In this document: piece after piece, positions 14,143 through 26,889 of the stretch
Position numbering within the stretch: the first letter of the stretch is position 1
Layout: each line of letters starts with the position of its first letter
Assembly: GCA_964016885.1 (NCBI GenBank)
Contig: OZ024740.1
Coordinates: 183,148,001-183,212,000, forward strand
Direction of reading: 5' to 3'
From: Eledone cirrhosa
Lineage: Eukaryota
Length of the DNA stretch: 64,000 nt
Position numbers and translations under genes: made by a program
The notes under the pieces: generated by a model
Database searches by the model: none
Told to the model about the DNA's origin: nothing
What the model saw: only the letters and a program-made list of their open reading frames with translations

Positions 14143-14896
14143 TGGGTATCAAAAAATAAATATGGTATTTATAGGTCTCTACAAGTGGTAGGAGAGGGTG
14201 GGGAGTGGGATGGGTGCAGGTCATTGGTTGATAGAAAAGGGAATTCATTAAAAGCTAATTCTACAAAGCTATAGTTTATTTTTATTTATCTATGTTTTTA
14301 GAGTAACAAGGGCAGACAGAATTTTATAAACAGGTTCCGGATGGCATACCATTCCTTGTCATTAAGTTTCTCTTAAGCTAACAGATGTCTATAAAATCAG
14401 TGGGGGGTCAGTCATGGTCGATAGAATTAAAGAAAAGGGAGATTCTTTAAAAGCTAAAATCATTAAGGTTCTACTAAGTGACAAAGGTCTAGAGAATTCT
14501 GCAGACAGATTCAAAATACTGAGTGCATATCTTACTATTATCTTCGAAGATAAATTGTCACTTAGTAGAACCTTAATGATTTTAGCTTTTAAAGAATCTC
14601 CCTTTTCTTTAATTCTATCGACCATGACTGACCCCCCACTGATTTTATAGACATCTGTTAGCTTAAGAGAAACTTAATGACAAGGAATGGTATGCCATCC
14701 GGAACCTGTTTATAGAATTCTGTCTGCCCTTGTTACTCTAAAAACATAAATAAATAAAAATAAACTATAGCTTTGTAGAATTAGCTTTTAATGAATTCCC
14801 TTTTCTATCAACCAATGACCTGCACCCATCCCACTCCCCACCCTCTCCTACCACTTGTAGAGACCTATAAATACCATATTTATTTTTTGATACCCA

Positions 14897-14945
14897 GATT
14901 CCTGATGATTTCTAATGAATGAAACAGTTCTAGTCCTGTAGAATC
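14897..14945 (+). ncRNA. Type I hammerhead ribozyme
   Basis: GATTC-CTGATGA-TTTC taat GAAT-GAAA-CAG ttctagtc CT-GTA-GAATC. Confidence 0.8.
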
Positions 14946-14956
14946 TCATCTATATT

Positions 14957-15106
<150 letters not shown>

Positions 15107-15254
15107 ATGAGAAGAAAGAGGAATACTGCGTGGTTGCAGATGGGTTACATATTATAAAATGAGTCCCTCGTCAGTGATTTGCCAACCATCATTGGTATTT
15201 CATCGCATTAAAAATCATATACCTTAGGTTGGTGCGAGCAATAACTAAAACAAG

Positions 15255-15289
<35 letters not shown>

Positions 15290-15294
15290 TATAT

Positions 15295-15384
<90 letters not shown>

Positions 15385-15467
15385 TATATATATTTATATA
15401 TATATATATAATATATATATATATATATTATATATATATATATTATATATATATATATATAATATAT

Positions 15468-15556
<89 letters not shown>

Positions 15557-16270
15557 TATAATATATATATATAATATATATATTAGAGTAAACATTGATG
15601 CAATTCAATTCAAGCACTCAACGTACTTTTTCCACATAGGAGTGACGGAGTAAATATCGAATAAGGAAAAGCGAAGTAGTTACAGATGTTCAAGTCCTTT
15701 AATAATAATGCTGTGATATATATTTCAATGTCGTCACTTGACACACTGTTCTGTGTGCGAGATACTGGGGTGGGGGGGTAGAAAGCACCGAAAAGGTGCG
15801 ACCATCGGATAAGAAGGCTAGTATCCGGGGTCTAACACATCTGCTATAAAAAGCGGAGTCGGCCAAATCTATCATAGATTAGGGGAAGGGGTGGTGGTAC
15901 TGAGGCTACAAGGGACCGAGGGGCTGCCTCGGGTGAGCGATTTGTTTACTGCATTCGGCGGTGGATTGTACCGTGATGATGAGCTTCTTACCCTTAAAGG
16001 GTACAACCCCAGTAGTATAGATCGGGTCCGTAAACAATTAATCAGCTTCTTCCGCGACTGGGGAATTAAAATAACCCTACAAACATACCGGACCCGAGTT
16101 AACTTCCTGGATGTTACCCTTGACCTCGATAATGATATGTACCACCCATACAAGAAACCTAACGACAACCTGCACTACATCCACCGCCGGTCAAACCATT
16201 CTAAGAACATCATCAATAACCTGGTTAAAAACATCTCCCTCCGCATATCTCGTTTGTCAGCTAATGAGCA

Positions 16271-19024
16271 TGTAGTGACCTACATTCTGCGGAGTCACAT
16301 ACATTCTCTGTGCGTGATTTTGCTCAGCTCAGCCAATCAGCGCCAGTAGAAGAGGATGTATCCCTACGCGTTCTGAGGGAGAAATAGCCCGCAAAGATTT
16401 GAGGGCGCTATCACTTCCAGCTTGATCGTGCTAAGGTAAACACCACTTGGTCTTTTGCTCCGCCAGCACAAACAATATGTAACGACACAACAATTTTACT
16501 ACGGAATCGGCTAAACGCCTCAGCTAGTCGACCGTATTTTCTCTTGTAATCTTAATTGATTTGTTTTATTTCTCTTTTCATGCCAGCTCAACCTCTGTTA
16601 ATAAATAATGTAAAACCAAGCTAAAGTCGTTGTCGATATTCCTATCATATCTTTCTACCAAACCTGGTTCGTCGTGGCAACATTACAACTTTCTAAATAT
16701 TTCTCCGCTATATTGGTGACAACATCTTCAGCCAAATTGGTGACCCTCGACGATTAAGTATGAAAACGCAGCCTATTTGAATTAGCCATTCGTTTTAATG
16801 GCTATGTGGAGTGGCTTAACATTTGGAATGTTCGAATCGGGTAGCTAGACTCACTTAGCGTAAGTCCATAAAATTCATAATATTCCATTTGTTGAAGCAC
16901 GGGGCCTGCACAATATTTCTGTCATAACTTTCATGGTAACACTAGTGACTCACGCATACAGACGAACACAAAAATACAACACAAAAAAAAATTAATAAAA
17001 GAAAAAAGGATTTCTCTGGATGTGGAATTTTGCTTTCGGCGTTCTCTTGAAATTACAAATGGCGACTCAGAAATTTTGTTTTCCCGCGTACAGCTTGTCT
17101 TCTCCAATCCTAGCCGTCTGATTGGCTGCATCGTGCCACATGACGGCTTCTTCATCACAGACGGATTTTTCAATCAGCCATCTTGGATTTTCTTGCCGAA
17201 TAATTTTCATGGAAAATAATTTTTTTTTATTATTCAAATTTTCTTTAGAATATTTAAAAAAAAAAAAAAAAATTAGCAGTATTTCAAAAACTTTTCGCCA
17301 CGAGGAAATTTCAAAACGGCTACCACCAAGTACCAGCCATCAGCAGCAACACATGGCTAACTATTAACCAACACCAGGGAACGGCTTGTAATTTACCGAC
17401 GCAAGCACCATACCTTCTGTCTCGTTACCACAAGGACTCGAGAAATTAAGACATTAGTTTTCTCACCATTATGGCGTCAGACGTGGCTGCCATATCGGTG
17501 ACTCTGGGTTCTTCAACGCCCGACTTCTACTCTACAGAAGATTCATTGTGACTTTGCTTTAACAACAACTCTACTAGCTCCCTAGTAAGAGCGTTCCCAA
17601 AGAAAAAAGAAGCGAACTTTTTGTTAAAAGAAAAGAAACAATTCTTTCTTTCTTCCTTTTTTTTCAGGCATTTACTTTGGACATTTATTTTTTTTAAACT
17701 GTATTATATGAAAATTAATTTCTCTCTATCATTGTATATGTGACCGCACGCACACATTTTCTTTGCTGTATTACATGCCTGCATATATACACACACCAAC
17801 ATGTTGTTGTCTATAGTATATGATCTTCAAGCGTCGTAATATTCTGCGAGATCCCTTTTCACCTTCTGGAGGTACCAAAACATGCTATCGACACTTGCAG
17901 CTTAATTCACCTGCACCGCAACACGAGTATGCTAATTGCAGCTGAACTCAAACAGTTTCGCATCTCGTTGCACACTCATCGTCCATTACAACCTATCTTG
18001 TTATCTTACCAGCTCACCGGGAAAACAATAAATAGAACTGGACTTGTCAGCATTTTCAACACTTCTGTGGATTTGCCCGAATTATGGAACTGCAACCCAC
18101 CTACAGATTCAACTTGCTTTTTTTCTTTTCAAAGCAACCAGCCATTTTTTCCTGGCTCCCTAGCACATTCGGCAATACATCTGGGAGCCCAACATTTTCT
18201 CGCCTACCCATCATCTTCTTGCCAGCACTGGTAAACTACCATAATAGCTTCGTCCACAGCTACTGGTACAACACTTACCATTAACATTTAATGCAAGAAC
18301 AGCAACTTCGCCCATATCAGACTTTATCTGTTTTCTGGTAGACCTTTGGTGGTCACGTATAAACTACAAAACAGCTAGTCATTTGACAGAGGCTCAACAC
18401 GGCGTGTCGCGCCTCATTTTTTTTCTTGCATGCATCTTTCTGCTCAATTATTTTTTCACTGATGTGCTCTTTCAGCATTTGTTCTTGCTGATTCAATAAC
18501 ATGTGGGTCCTCGGCTTCATCGTTAACGATTTTCGGCTAAAAATCTGCTCGGAGGTGATGTAGTGACCTACATTCTGCGGGCTCACATACATTCTCTGTG
18601 CGTGATTTGGCTCAGCTCAGCCAATCAGCGCCAGTAGAAGAGGATGTATCCCTACGCGTTCTGAGGGAGAAATAGCCCGCAAAGATTTGGGGACGCTATC
18701 ACTTCCAGCTAGACCGTTCTAAGGTAAACACCACTTGTTCTTTTGCTCCGCCAGCACAAACAATATGTAACGACACAACAATTTTACTACGGAATTGGCT
18801 AAACGCCTCAGCCAGTCGACCGTATTTTCTCTTATAATCTTAATTGATTTGTTTTATTTCTCTTGGCATGCCAGCTCAACCTCTGTTAATAAATAATGTA
18901 AAACCAAGCTAAAGTCGTTGTCGATATTTCTATCATATCTTTCTACCAAACCTGGTTCCTCGTGGCAACATTACAACTCTCTAAATACTTCTCCGCTATA
19001 TTGGTGACAACATCTTCAGCCAAA
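16271..19024 (+). mobile_element. Non-autonomous or decayed LTR retrotransposon (Gypsy-like) with 466-bp LTRs
   Basis: Direct repeats 16271-16736 and 18559-19024; PBS-like TGGTGACC at 16738; GGAGGTGA before the 3' LTR; 4-bp TSD AGCA; no intact internal ORF. Confidence 0.9.
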
Positions 19025-19157
19025 AGCATATATTTGAGGGACATGCGCCTTACTACAACATGGCCCTCAAGCGTAGTGGTTTCCGGGAGGAAATGTCCTA
19101 CTGTCCAGCTTCCATTAGCGGAACCAGCATGCGACAACGCCGCTCACGCAACGTAAC

Positions 19158-19847
19158 ATGGTTCAATCCCCCCCCCCCCACAACGCCGAGGTGACAACTC
19201 CTATCGGGAAAATTTTCTTTAGGCTCATTGAAAAACACTTCCCAGTACAACACCGCTACCACAACATAATTAACAAAAATACCATCAAACTCTCCTACAG
19301 CACCACACCAAACTTTGCACAAAACATCGTCTCCTCTAACAACAAAAAACTCAACCCCCATGGAAGAAATAAACGAAATAGCAGTGGAGAGCCGACCAGG
19401 AGGTGCAACTGTCCTAATGGATCCATTTGCCCCCTCGACAACAGATGCAGAGATCGTAAGGTGATCTACCAGTGCAACGTGAGGACGGACAACTCCAACA
19501 AAGCCTATATAGGATTAACCGCATGTGACTTCAAGACCCGGCTATACCAACACAGACATACCTTCCGAAACCCGGCCCAACGTCACGCCACTACACTTTC
19601 AGGCCACATATGGGACCTCAAGGATAACAATATTACCTATGATCTCACTTGGAGATTACTGTCCAGAGCCAACTCTTACACGGGAGGACGCCGTCCGTGC
19701 AATTTATGCTCGGAGGAAACTTTACAAATGCTGTTCTCGATGGACCAACTCCTAAACAAGAAAGATGAACTGGTAACTGCATGTAAACACCGATTGTGTA
19801 GGACTTACCTCGCCCTCAAACCCCATAACGACCCGGGTGTGGGGTAG
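19158..19847 (+). CDS. PLE Cys-rich linker and GIY-YIG endonuclease fragment
   Basis: KLSYSTTPN, CNCPNGSICPLDNRC, VIYQC, YIGLT, FKTRLYQH, CNLCSEE, CKHR. Confidence 0.8.
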   Translation: MVQSPPPHNAEVTTPIGKIFFRLIEKHFPVQHRYHNIINKNTIKLSYSTTPNFAQNIVSSNNKKLNPHGRNKRNSSGEPTRRCNCPNGSICPLDNRCRDRKVIYQCNVRTDNSNKAYIGLTACDFKTRLYQHRHTFRNPAQRHATTLSGHIWDLKDNNITYDLTWRLLSRANSYTGGRRPCNLCSEETLQMLFSMDQLLNKKDELVTACKHRLCRTYLALKPHNDPGVG

Positions 19848-20462
19848 ACTAGGGCTATAATACCAACTTGCCGATTTTGTATCGGGTAACCCCTGCTTGC
19901 AAAGGTAGACCTAATATCTTCTTCTATATCTTTTTATCACTTCCTCTATATTTCCTTCTTCTACCTATCCCTCCCTAGTCCTTCCACCCCAGTCCTCTTT
20001 CTTTGTCGTCGTCCTTTTACTTTCTCGCCCACCCGAGGCAACCCCTCGGTCCCTTGTAACCTCAGTACCACCACCCCTTCCCCTAATCTATGATAGATTT
20101 GGCCGACTCCGCTTTTTATAGCACATGTGTTAGACCCCGGTTACTAGCCTTCTTATCTGATGGCCACACCTTTTCCGTGCTTTCTATATTTCTTAGTGGT
20201 ATCTTTGCTTTAGTTTCTCGTATATCAGTAAATCATTTTTTTTTGGGGGGGGGGATATTCTGAATTATTTAAATTTTTTTTTTTTCAGGGGGGGGATTCT
20301 GAATTACTTTTCCGTATCAAATTTTACATATACTTCGTACGAGCATCTATGTAGTTTGCACTAGAATTTTTGTAGCGTGGCGGCACCCTTAGATATAGTA
20401 TTAGTATTCTTTTTCGGGATTCTGAATTATTATTTCGTATTAGTTTATTTATTTATTTTTTT

Positions 20463-21148
20463 ATTTATTTTTTTTGTACTGGATGGTTGCTGGCCTTGTG
20501 CCTGGGGTAGAAACCTTGATTTCGTACTGGTCTCGGGACTCTGATTTATTATTTCGTGGTAGTTTCTTTAGTGTTTTGGCCCCCCACTTGTGGACCCGTC
20601 ACCGTAAGATATATTCGATTGTTTACTTATACCTCTTAAAAGGGCCTATTATAATTCCGTCCCACCTAGTAAACCCTTCTTTAGTCTAGCAGTACCAGTG
20701 AGAGACTTGATAGCTGTCCTTAGGGAATAGTAACCAGAAATTGTTGTTTTTATATTTAATTGTTTTTTTAAACATTCTCGGTATTTTTCTATATATTTAC
20801 ACCATATTGTTTTACTTATTGTTTCGACTCCCCCCCCCCCCCAGTATCTTCTTTGACATCCTGCCCAGCCGTAGTTGGCACTATCAACGCACGACTGGAT
20901 CTCTTCCACCCCTCTCCCTCTTTTTTCTACTGGCAGGTTCAGCTACCCCTTCCCTCCACAAATTGCCTTGATAGAATTATTATGTCTCAACAACAATCTT
21001 TGACCAATCCTTGTGACAATCAATTTTACCATATATGGAATTACCCCCTGAGAAGCCCGGCTATTGAAATACCTGGATAAAAATGTTCATTTAGTCCAGA
21101 ATTAGCCGACGAAACGGCTTGAGCTCAGCCGTCGGGGTCCTACTCGTT

Positions 21149-21150
<2 letters not shown>
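20463..21150 (+). mobile_element. ~700-bp non-coding HHR-terminated element (copy 2)
   Basis: Colinear with 9300-10003. Confidence 0.75.
21043..21138 (+). ncRNA. Hammerhead-like motif, variant core CUGAGAA, extended helix II
   Basis: ACCCC-CTGAGAA-GCCCGGCTA...TAGCCGAC-GAAA-CGGC ttgagctca GCC-GTC-GGGGT. Confidence 0.65.
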
Positions 21151-21198
<48 letters not shown>

Positions 21199-21203
<5 letters not shown>

Positions 21204-21342
21204 GTGCTTACACAACAGTTAGTTCACCATACCGAGAACAATTTTTTCACCTTCGCGGATCTTCAGCTCGGGGTCTGAAGATCCGCGAAGGGGAAACAAT
21301 TGATCTCCGTATGCTGAACTAACTGTTGTGTAACCACTTCTA
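21199..21342. repeat. Imperfect palindrome of two back-to-back hammerhead-containing arms
   Basis: TTACACAACAGTTAGTTCA...TCTTCAG / CTGAAGA...TGAACTAACTGTTGTGTAA. Confidence 0.8.
21232..21271 (-). ncRNA. Minimal type I hammerhead (partner core on the + strand at 21275-21308)
   Basis: Minus: CCGAG-CTGAAGA-TCC gcgaa GGT-GAAA-AAATT-GTT-CTCGG; the + copy has GAAA-CAATTG. Confidence 0.65.
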
Positions 21343-21506
21343 CCTAACTCGTCCCTTGGACTGAGTGCTCTACCTCTACGGATATTACTTTCCAGTGTTC
21401 CACCACTATATATTATATATATATTATATACATATATATTATATATATATATATTATATATATATATTAAATATATATAAATATATACATATTATACATA
21501 CATATA

Positions 21507-21537
<31 letters not shown>

Positions 21538-21551
21538 ATATAAATATATAT

Positions 21552-21582
<31 letters not shown>

Positions 21583-21670
21583 ATGTATATATATATGTGT
21601 ATATATATAAATTATATATATATTATATATATATATATATTAAATATATATATTATATATAAATATATAT

Positions 21671-21701
<31 letters not shown>

Positions 21702-21840
21702 ATGTATATATATATGTGTATATATATATTATATATATATTATATATATATATATATTATATATATATAATATATATATATTATATATATATATATATAT
21801 AATATATAATATATAATATATAATATATATATATTATATT

Positions 21841-21875
<35 letters not shown>

Positions 21876-22044
21876 AATATTATATATATATATATATTAT
21901 ATATATATATATTATATATATATATTATATATATATTAAATATATATATATTATATATATATTATATATATATATTATATATATATATATATAATATATA
22001 TATTATATATATATATATAGTATATATATATATATATATATAAT

Positions 22045-24520
22045 AAAGTAAAATAAATAAGTCAAATGTTTAAAATTTAGCTTCGTTTATTACTGCTATA
22101 TATATTTCGGTGACAGCCATCTTTGGCTGTGACCTCTTCAAGCAGTCCGAATTAGTGTGGTATAGACAAGTACATATGTTGTTGAGGTGTATAACCTTGT
22201 CAATACTCTGATATACCCAGTTACTGGTTGGGTTGTTATTTCACTGAGAACTGGAATCATATGAATTCAAACAAACGAATTTCAGTGTCAAAGGGCCTCT
22301 TCTCATCTCATTGGTCAGTTGTTAGAACATTCCTCATTCAAAAGTCTATAGAAATTCGTTCTGAGGCAAGCCAATCAGTAGTTGTTGTTCTTGTTATTGT
22401 TAGGTACATCTGACCTCAATTATTGTGTTGGTAGTGTTGTTATTGTTGTAGTTAGCTTAGAAAATTGATAACGTGGTAGAAGGAACAAGGTGGTAAAGGA
22501 ACAAATTAACAAAAAAATGTCAAACTTCCCATTGGTCGGTTTTGAGAGCATTCCTCAGTCAGAAGTCTATATGGGGTGACGCTCCCTGTAGTGTTTTCTG
22601 TTTGCTATTGTTAAGTACATTTGACTTCTACCCTTATTTCGGTAGTGTTGTTGGTGTTGTGGTCAGCCTATGTCTTGCTGCTGCTGACAAGTTAGAAGTA
22701 TCTATGTGTGTTTTTTCCTCCCTCCTGCCACCATCTCCTGTGGTGGTGGTGGTGGGGGTGCGGGTGTTCTTCCATGTATATGAAGAAATATAAGGCAATA
22801 AATGAAGAAAACAGAAAATAAATAATAAATAGAGAATAAAGAATAAATGAAAAATTGGTGAAAATGTAATTAAAATGAATATGGAGAACTGAAAAATAAA
22901 ATGAAGATTCAAATAAAGTCGGATGAAGTGTGTTTGTGCTATAAACAATCTCAAGGTCAGAAATATGTTGGATAGATTGGTATGAGGAACAAGATGTTAA
23001 AATAATAAAAGAATAAGATATTCAAACAAATTGTGTTTGTGTTATAATCAATCTCAACTTAAAAATAAATATAGGGTGATACAGTGAAGAGAACAGAAAA
23101 CAAATAACAAATTAATAAAGAGAAATCAAGATTTAAAATTGAAAATTGAAAACCAGAAATCAAGTAAATTAAAATGTGTTTGTGTTATATAGATGTTGGC
23201 CAAATTATAATGGCTGTGTCCGATTCAATCTCTAGGCTATCATGGTGTCTGCTCATGCTGGGTTGTTCCCTATGGCTTGAGGGGAATTCTCAACATAGGG
23301 TGTTGTTACTGCCCATATAGCTTGATGGAGGTCTAGCCGAGAGGTGTCTACATGTTCTGCAGAAGTCCCTATAGCTTGAGGGGAGTTCACATCTTCTTGT
23401 GTTGCTACTGTCCATATATCTTGAGGAAGGTCCCGGCTCTAATGTGTCTGCATGCCCCGAAGAAGTCGGTTCTGAGGTTTATCAGGCCGCTTCCACCTTT
23501 TAGTATCTCGATGGTCTCGTTCAGGCATAGTTTGCATATGCAAGATCCCCCTTTATCGGGTGGTACTTTCCTGATTATGTACCAGGCCAGAGAGTACGGG
23601 GTCCTGTCCAGCTTAAGTTTCCAGATCAGGTCGGAGAGAGCCGTGCTTTTCCTTTTGGCCTCCTTATTGAATGTATAGCGATGGCTGTCTTTAAAGCTCG
23701 TTGATGTGGCTCCTATGTAGAGGTGTTCGGAGTTGGGGGTTTTAACCCTACAACCGTATACTAGGGTCTTCTTAAGGCATTCATTACCAAAGGGGCATGA
23801 TTCGGGTTTCTGCAGTTGCAGAGGGTGGTCGACCTCTGCGTGCCTATATTGGGGTTCCCGTTAGGTGTTACATGGTGGTCTTCCCCCAGGCACGGTGGGG
23901 GTCCCCAGGTTGTTTGGGTTTCTTGGGTGGGCTCTGGGTCCCCTCTTCCCTCCTTCCACATGGTTCTGCTGAGTGGTTGTATTGCCATCTTCTGGTTGTG
24001 TGTGGTTTTTAAGCCTACTCCTGTTGATGCTAGCTATGTGTTGGGCCAGATTTCTCGTGGTGGAATACGAGAGCTTCACAGTGTGTCTGTTGAAGATCCT
24101 GTGGTAACTATGGTCCCTCGGGAAGCATTTATCAAGTGCTCCAAAGAATGATCGGGCCAAGCTGTTCTTTAGGGCCGCTGAGTAGGGTGGGTTGTACCAC
24201 GTAATTTTTCTGTGTCTCTTCCTATATGTGTGGGTTGGGGGCGTCGTGATTTTTTGGAGATTTGTTGGGTTGCTGGTGGTTCCCGCACTGTTGCTTCCCC
24301 TTTGGGCGCTATGCTTTTTGTTATCTTCATGGCCCGAATCTGTCGAGTGGTCGTTGCCCGCGCTGGGAGATCTATCGTGGGGTGGTTACCCGTTCCCCCC
24401 ACCACGTGTCCTGCGGTTGGGGTCGTCGGTCCTGGGGTGGTTAGCGTCACCCCTGAGACTGCTACTCATATTGGGTTTCATCTCATGGTTAACCGTACTT
24501 GTCACCAACACCCGTGTGGT
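22045..24520 (-). mobile_element. Decayed Penelope-like element (Neptune-like endonuclease region ~23430-24220) with a long 3' region ending in an HHR
   Basis: Minus: RKITWYNPP, HRIFNRHTVKLSYSTT, CNCRNP, YIGATS, CILHMQ/LNETIEIL across frameshifts. Confidence 0.8.
22092..22146 (-). ncRNA. Minimal type I hammerhead (UUGAAGA core)
   Basis: Minus: ACTGC-TTGAAGA-GGTCACAGCC aaagat GGCTGTCACC-GAAA-TATAT-ATA-GCAGT. Confidence 0.75.
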
Positions 24521-24522
24521 GG

Positions 24523-26265
24523 TGTCGGGCACATGGTGCCTATTTGCAGAAACAAATAGGCACCATGTGCCCGACAACCAAAACATGAAGTACATATATA
24601 CACAAACCTTACATACGTACCAACCTGCATACTCACACAGATGCAAAACTCCTGTATGCACATAACCAAATCATATGTACCAGAATATATAAAATTATAC
24701 GCTATAACTTGCCCCCTATCCGGGAAATGCCTCTCTAGCAACATTGTCTACAAATGCAAGGTTGAAACACCCACGTACAGTAGGGCGTATATAGAGTTAA
24801 CCGCCAATAAATTCAAGCAGCGTCTTTACATGCATACCCATTCTTTCGTTACCCTCTAAGAAGGAATATGACGTCACTTTCAGCTTATATCTGGAGTCTA
24901 AAAGACAACCACACCCAATATAAGTTACACTGGGAGATCCTAGCTAGGGCTAGATCGTATAACGGAAATAAAAGACCATGTGACCTCTGCACCGCTGAGG
25001 CCCTGGAAATACTCTACGCCACAGACCACATCTTAAACAAAAAATCTGAGGCAATTTCGGCTTGTAAACATAAATTGCACAAAACTTTCCTGTATTACAG
25101 CCACACGTTATACCCTAACGGATAGTACGATCTATACGTGGATATTTTACGTCTTGATGTGGGAGCTAAGTATATGTTTTGTTTATACCATTACTTATTT
25201 GCATAGGTAACTATATATTACCTGTATGTTTTGTGAAGTTACGTATACTTTCTCGTACGTATATTTGATTGTATATGTTATGGCGTATAATTTTTATATA
25301 TTCTGGTACATATGGTTTGGTTATGTGTATACTGGAGTTTTGCGTCTGTGTGAGTATGCAGGTTCGTACGTATGTAGGGTGTGCGTATATGTGTACTTCA
25401 TGTTTTGGTTGACTTACGTCTCCGAACATTTGTGTATTTACATGTAGGTATGTGTGTGCGCTTGTTATATACGTATTTATTTATTTATATACGTTTATTT
25501 AATTATTTATTTATTTGTATACACGCACACACACACACATATTTATATGTGCGTGGTTTTGTATACCTATGGTAAGTGCTTTCGCGTATGCTTGTGTATG
25601 TACGTCTTTGTATGCATACATGTATTTATTTATTTCTATTACCTCTGTATTGTATTTATTTACTTTATTTTTAACTGTGAAGCGGAGATTCATTCGGTTT
25701 CCTAGTTAGAATTTTAGTCTACGACTTCTGCTATACCATTTACGTGGTTTTGTCTTTGTGTGCAATTGTTCTCCACACGCAACATATGACGTATTATCTT
25801 CGTTTTTTTCGTTCATTGCCAGAGAACGTCTCTATGCACCACCTAAGAGAACATTAGTCTACGACCTCTTTTATACCATAAACGTGGTTCTGTCTTTGCG
25901 TGCAATTGTTCTCCACGCCCCACATATGACGTATTATCTTCGTTTTTTTGGTTCATTGCCAGAGAACGTCTCTATGCACCACCTAAGAGAACATTAGTCT
26001 ACGACCTCTTTTATACCATAAACGTGGTTCTGTCTTTGCGTGTAATTGTTTTCCACCGCTCCTATTAATGACGTATTACATTCGTTTTTTCCCGTTCTTT
26101 GCCAGGCAACGTTTCCACGAACCAAAGTATCGTCTTCCTGTCTTCCTCCGGTTGCAACGTTTTTTGAAATATCCACTTCTGCGTTTACAGATTGACTTTG
26201 TTGGTTTCAGAAGATCCCGTTATGGGTGAAAGCAGCGATTCTTTGCTCAAACTTTAATCTGTTAT
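24523..26265 (+). mobile_element. PLE endonuclease fragment (~24705-25125) with an inverted 5' segment and long 3' region
   Basis: CPLSGKC..NIVYKC..AYIELT..FKQRLYMH, CDLCTAE, CKHK; ~24576-24705 inverts ~25280-25410; 24-bp-arm hairpin at 24523-24576. Confidence 0.8.
25705..26110. repeat. 140-bp tandem repeat (~2.8 copies)
   Basis: TTAGTCTACGAC near 25714, 25855 and 25995. Confidence 0.85.
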
Positions 26266-26284
26266 TTTAATAAATATATATATG

Positions 26285-26404
<120 letters not shown>

Positions 26405-26511
26405 TATAATATATATATAATATATATATAATATATATATAATATATATATTATATATATATAATATATATATAATATATATTATATATATATATGATAT
26501 ATATATAATAT

Positions 26512-26620
26512 AAGGACAGACACTGGTCTGTTGGAGATGCAGGATATGGCAGCGATAATGAGGGACAGAGACCGCTGGAGAGAACTCGTCCATGGATCTC
26601 GGGAATTTTACCCGCCTTAG
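26512..26620 (+). mobile_element. 3'-terminal fragment of the RTE-like LINE at 4554-5775
   Basis: Near-identical to 5667-5775 (...GAATTTTACCCGCCTTAG). Confidence 0.85.
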
Positions 26621-26748
26621 ATAGATAGATATATATATATAATATATATTTATATATATATTATATATATATATATATATAATATATATTTATATAATAT
26701 TTATATATGTATATATATATATATATACTTTATATATATATATAATAT

Positions 26749-26815
<67 letters not shown>

Positions 26816-26889
26816 TATGTATATGTATATAATATATATGTATATAATATATATATATATATATAATATATATATATATATATAATATA

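Larger units (their letters stand above)
15779..20186 (+). mobile_element. 5'-truncated Penelope-like element (Neptune-like) with an inverted terminal segment, interrupted by an LTR element
   Basis: GLYRDD, VNFLDVTLDL, PYKKPND, YIHRRSNH, WFNPP, CNC..CPL..C, VIYQC..YIGLT, CNLC, CKHR; 15779-15940 is the reverse complement of ~20025-20186. Confidence 0.9.

Noticed and set aside
14389-14650. Mirrored 78-aa ORFs as real genes
   Set aside because: A consequence of the palindrome; at most a decayed PLE C-terminus
26200-26245. Possible hammerhead CAGAAGA-TCCC gttat GGGT-GAAA
   Set aside because: Core mutated and no convincing helix I or cleavage triplet; at best a dead remnant
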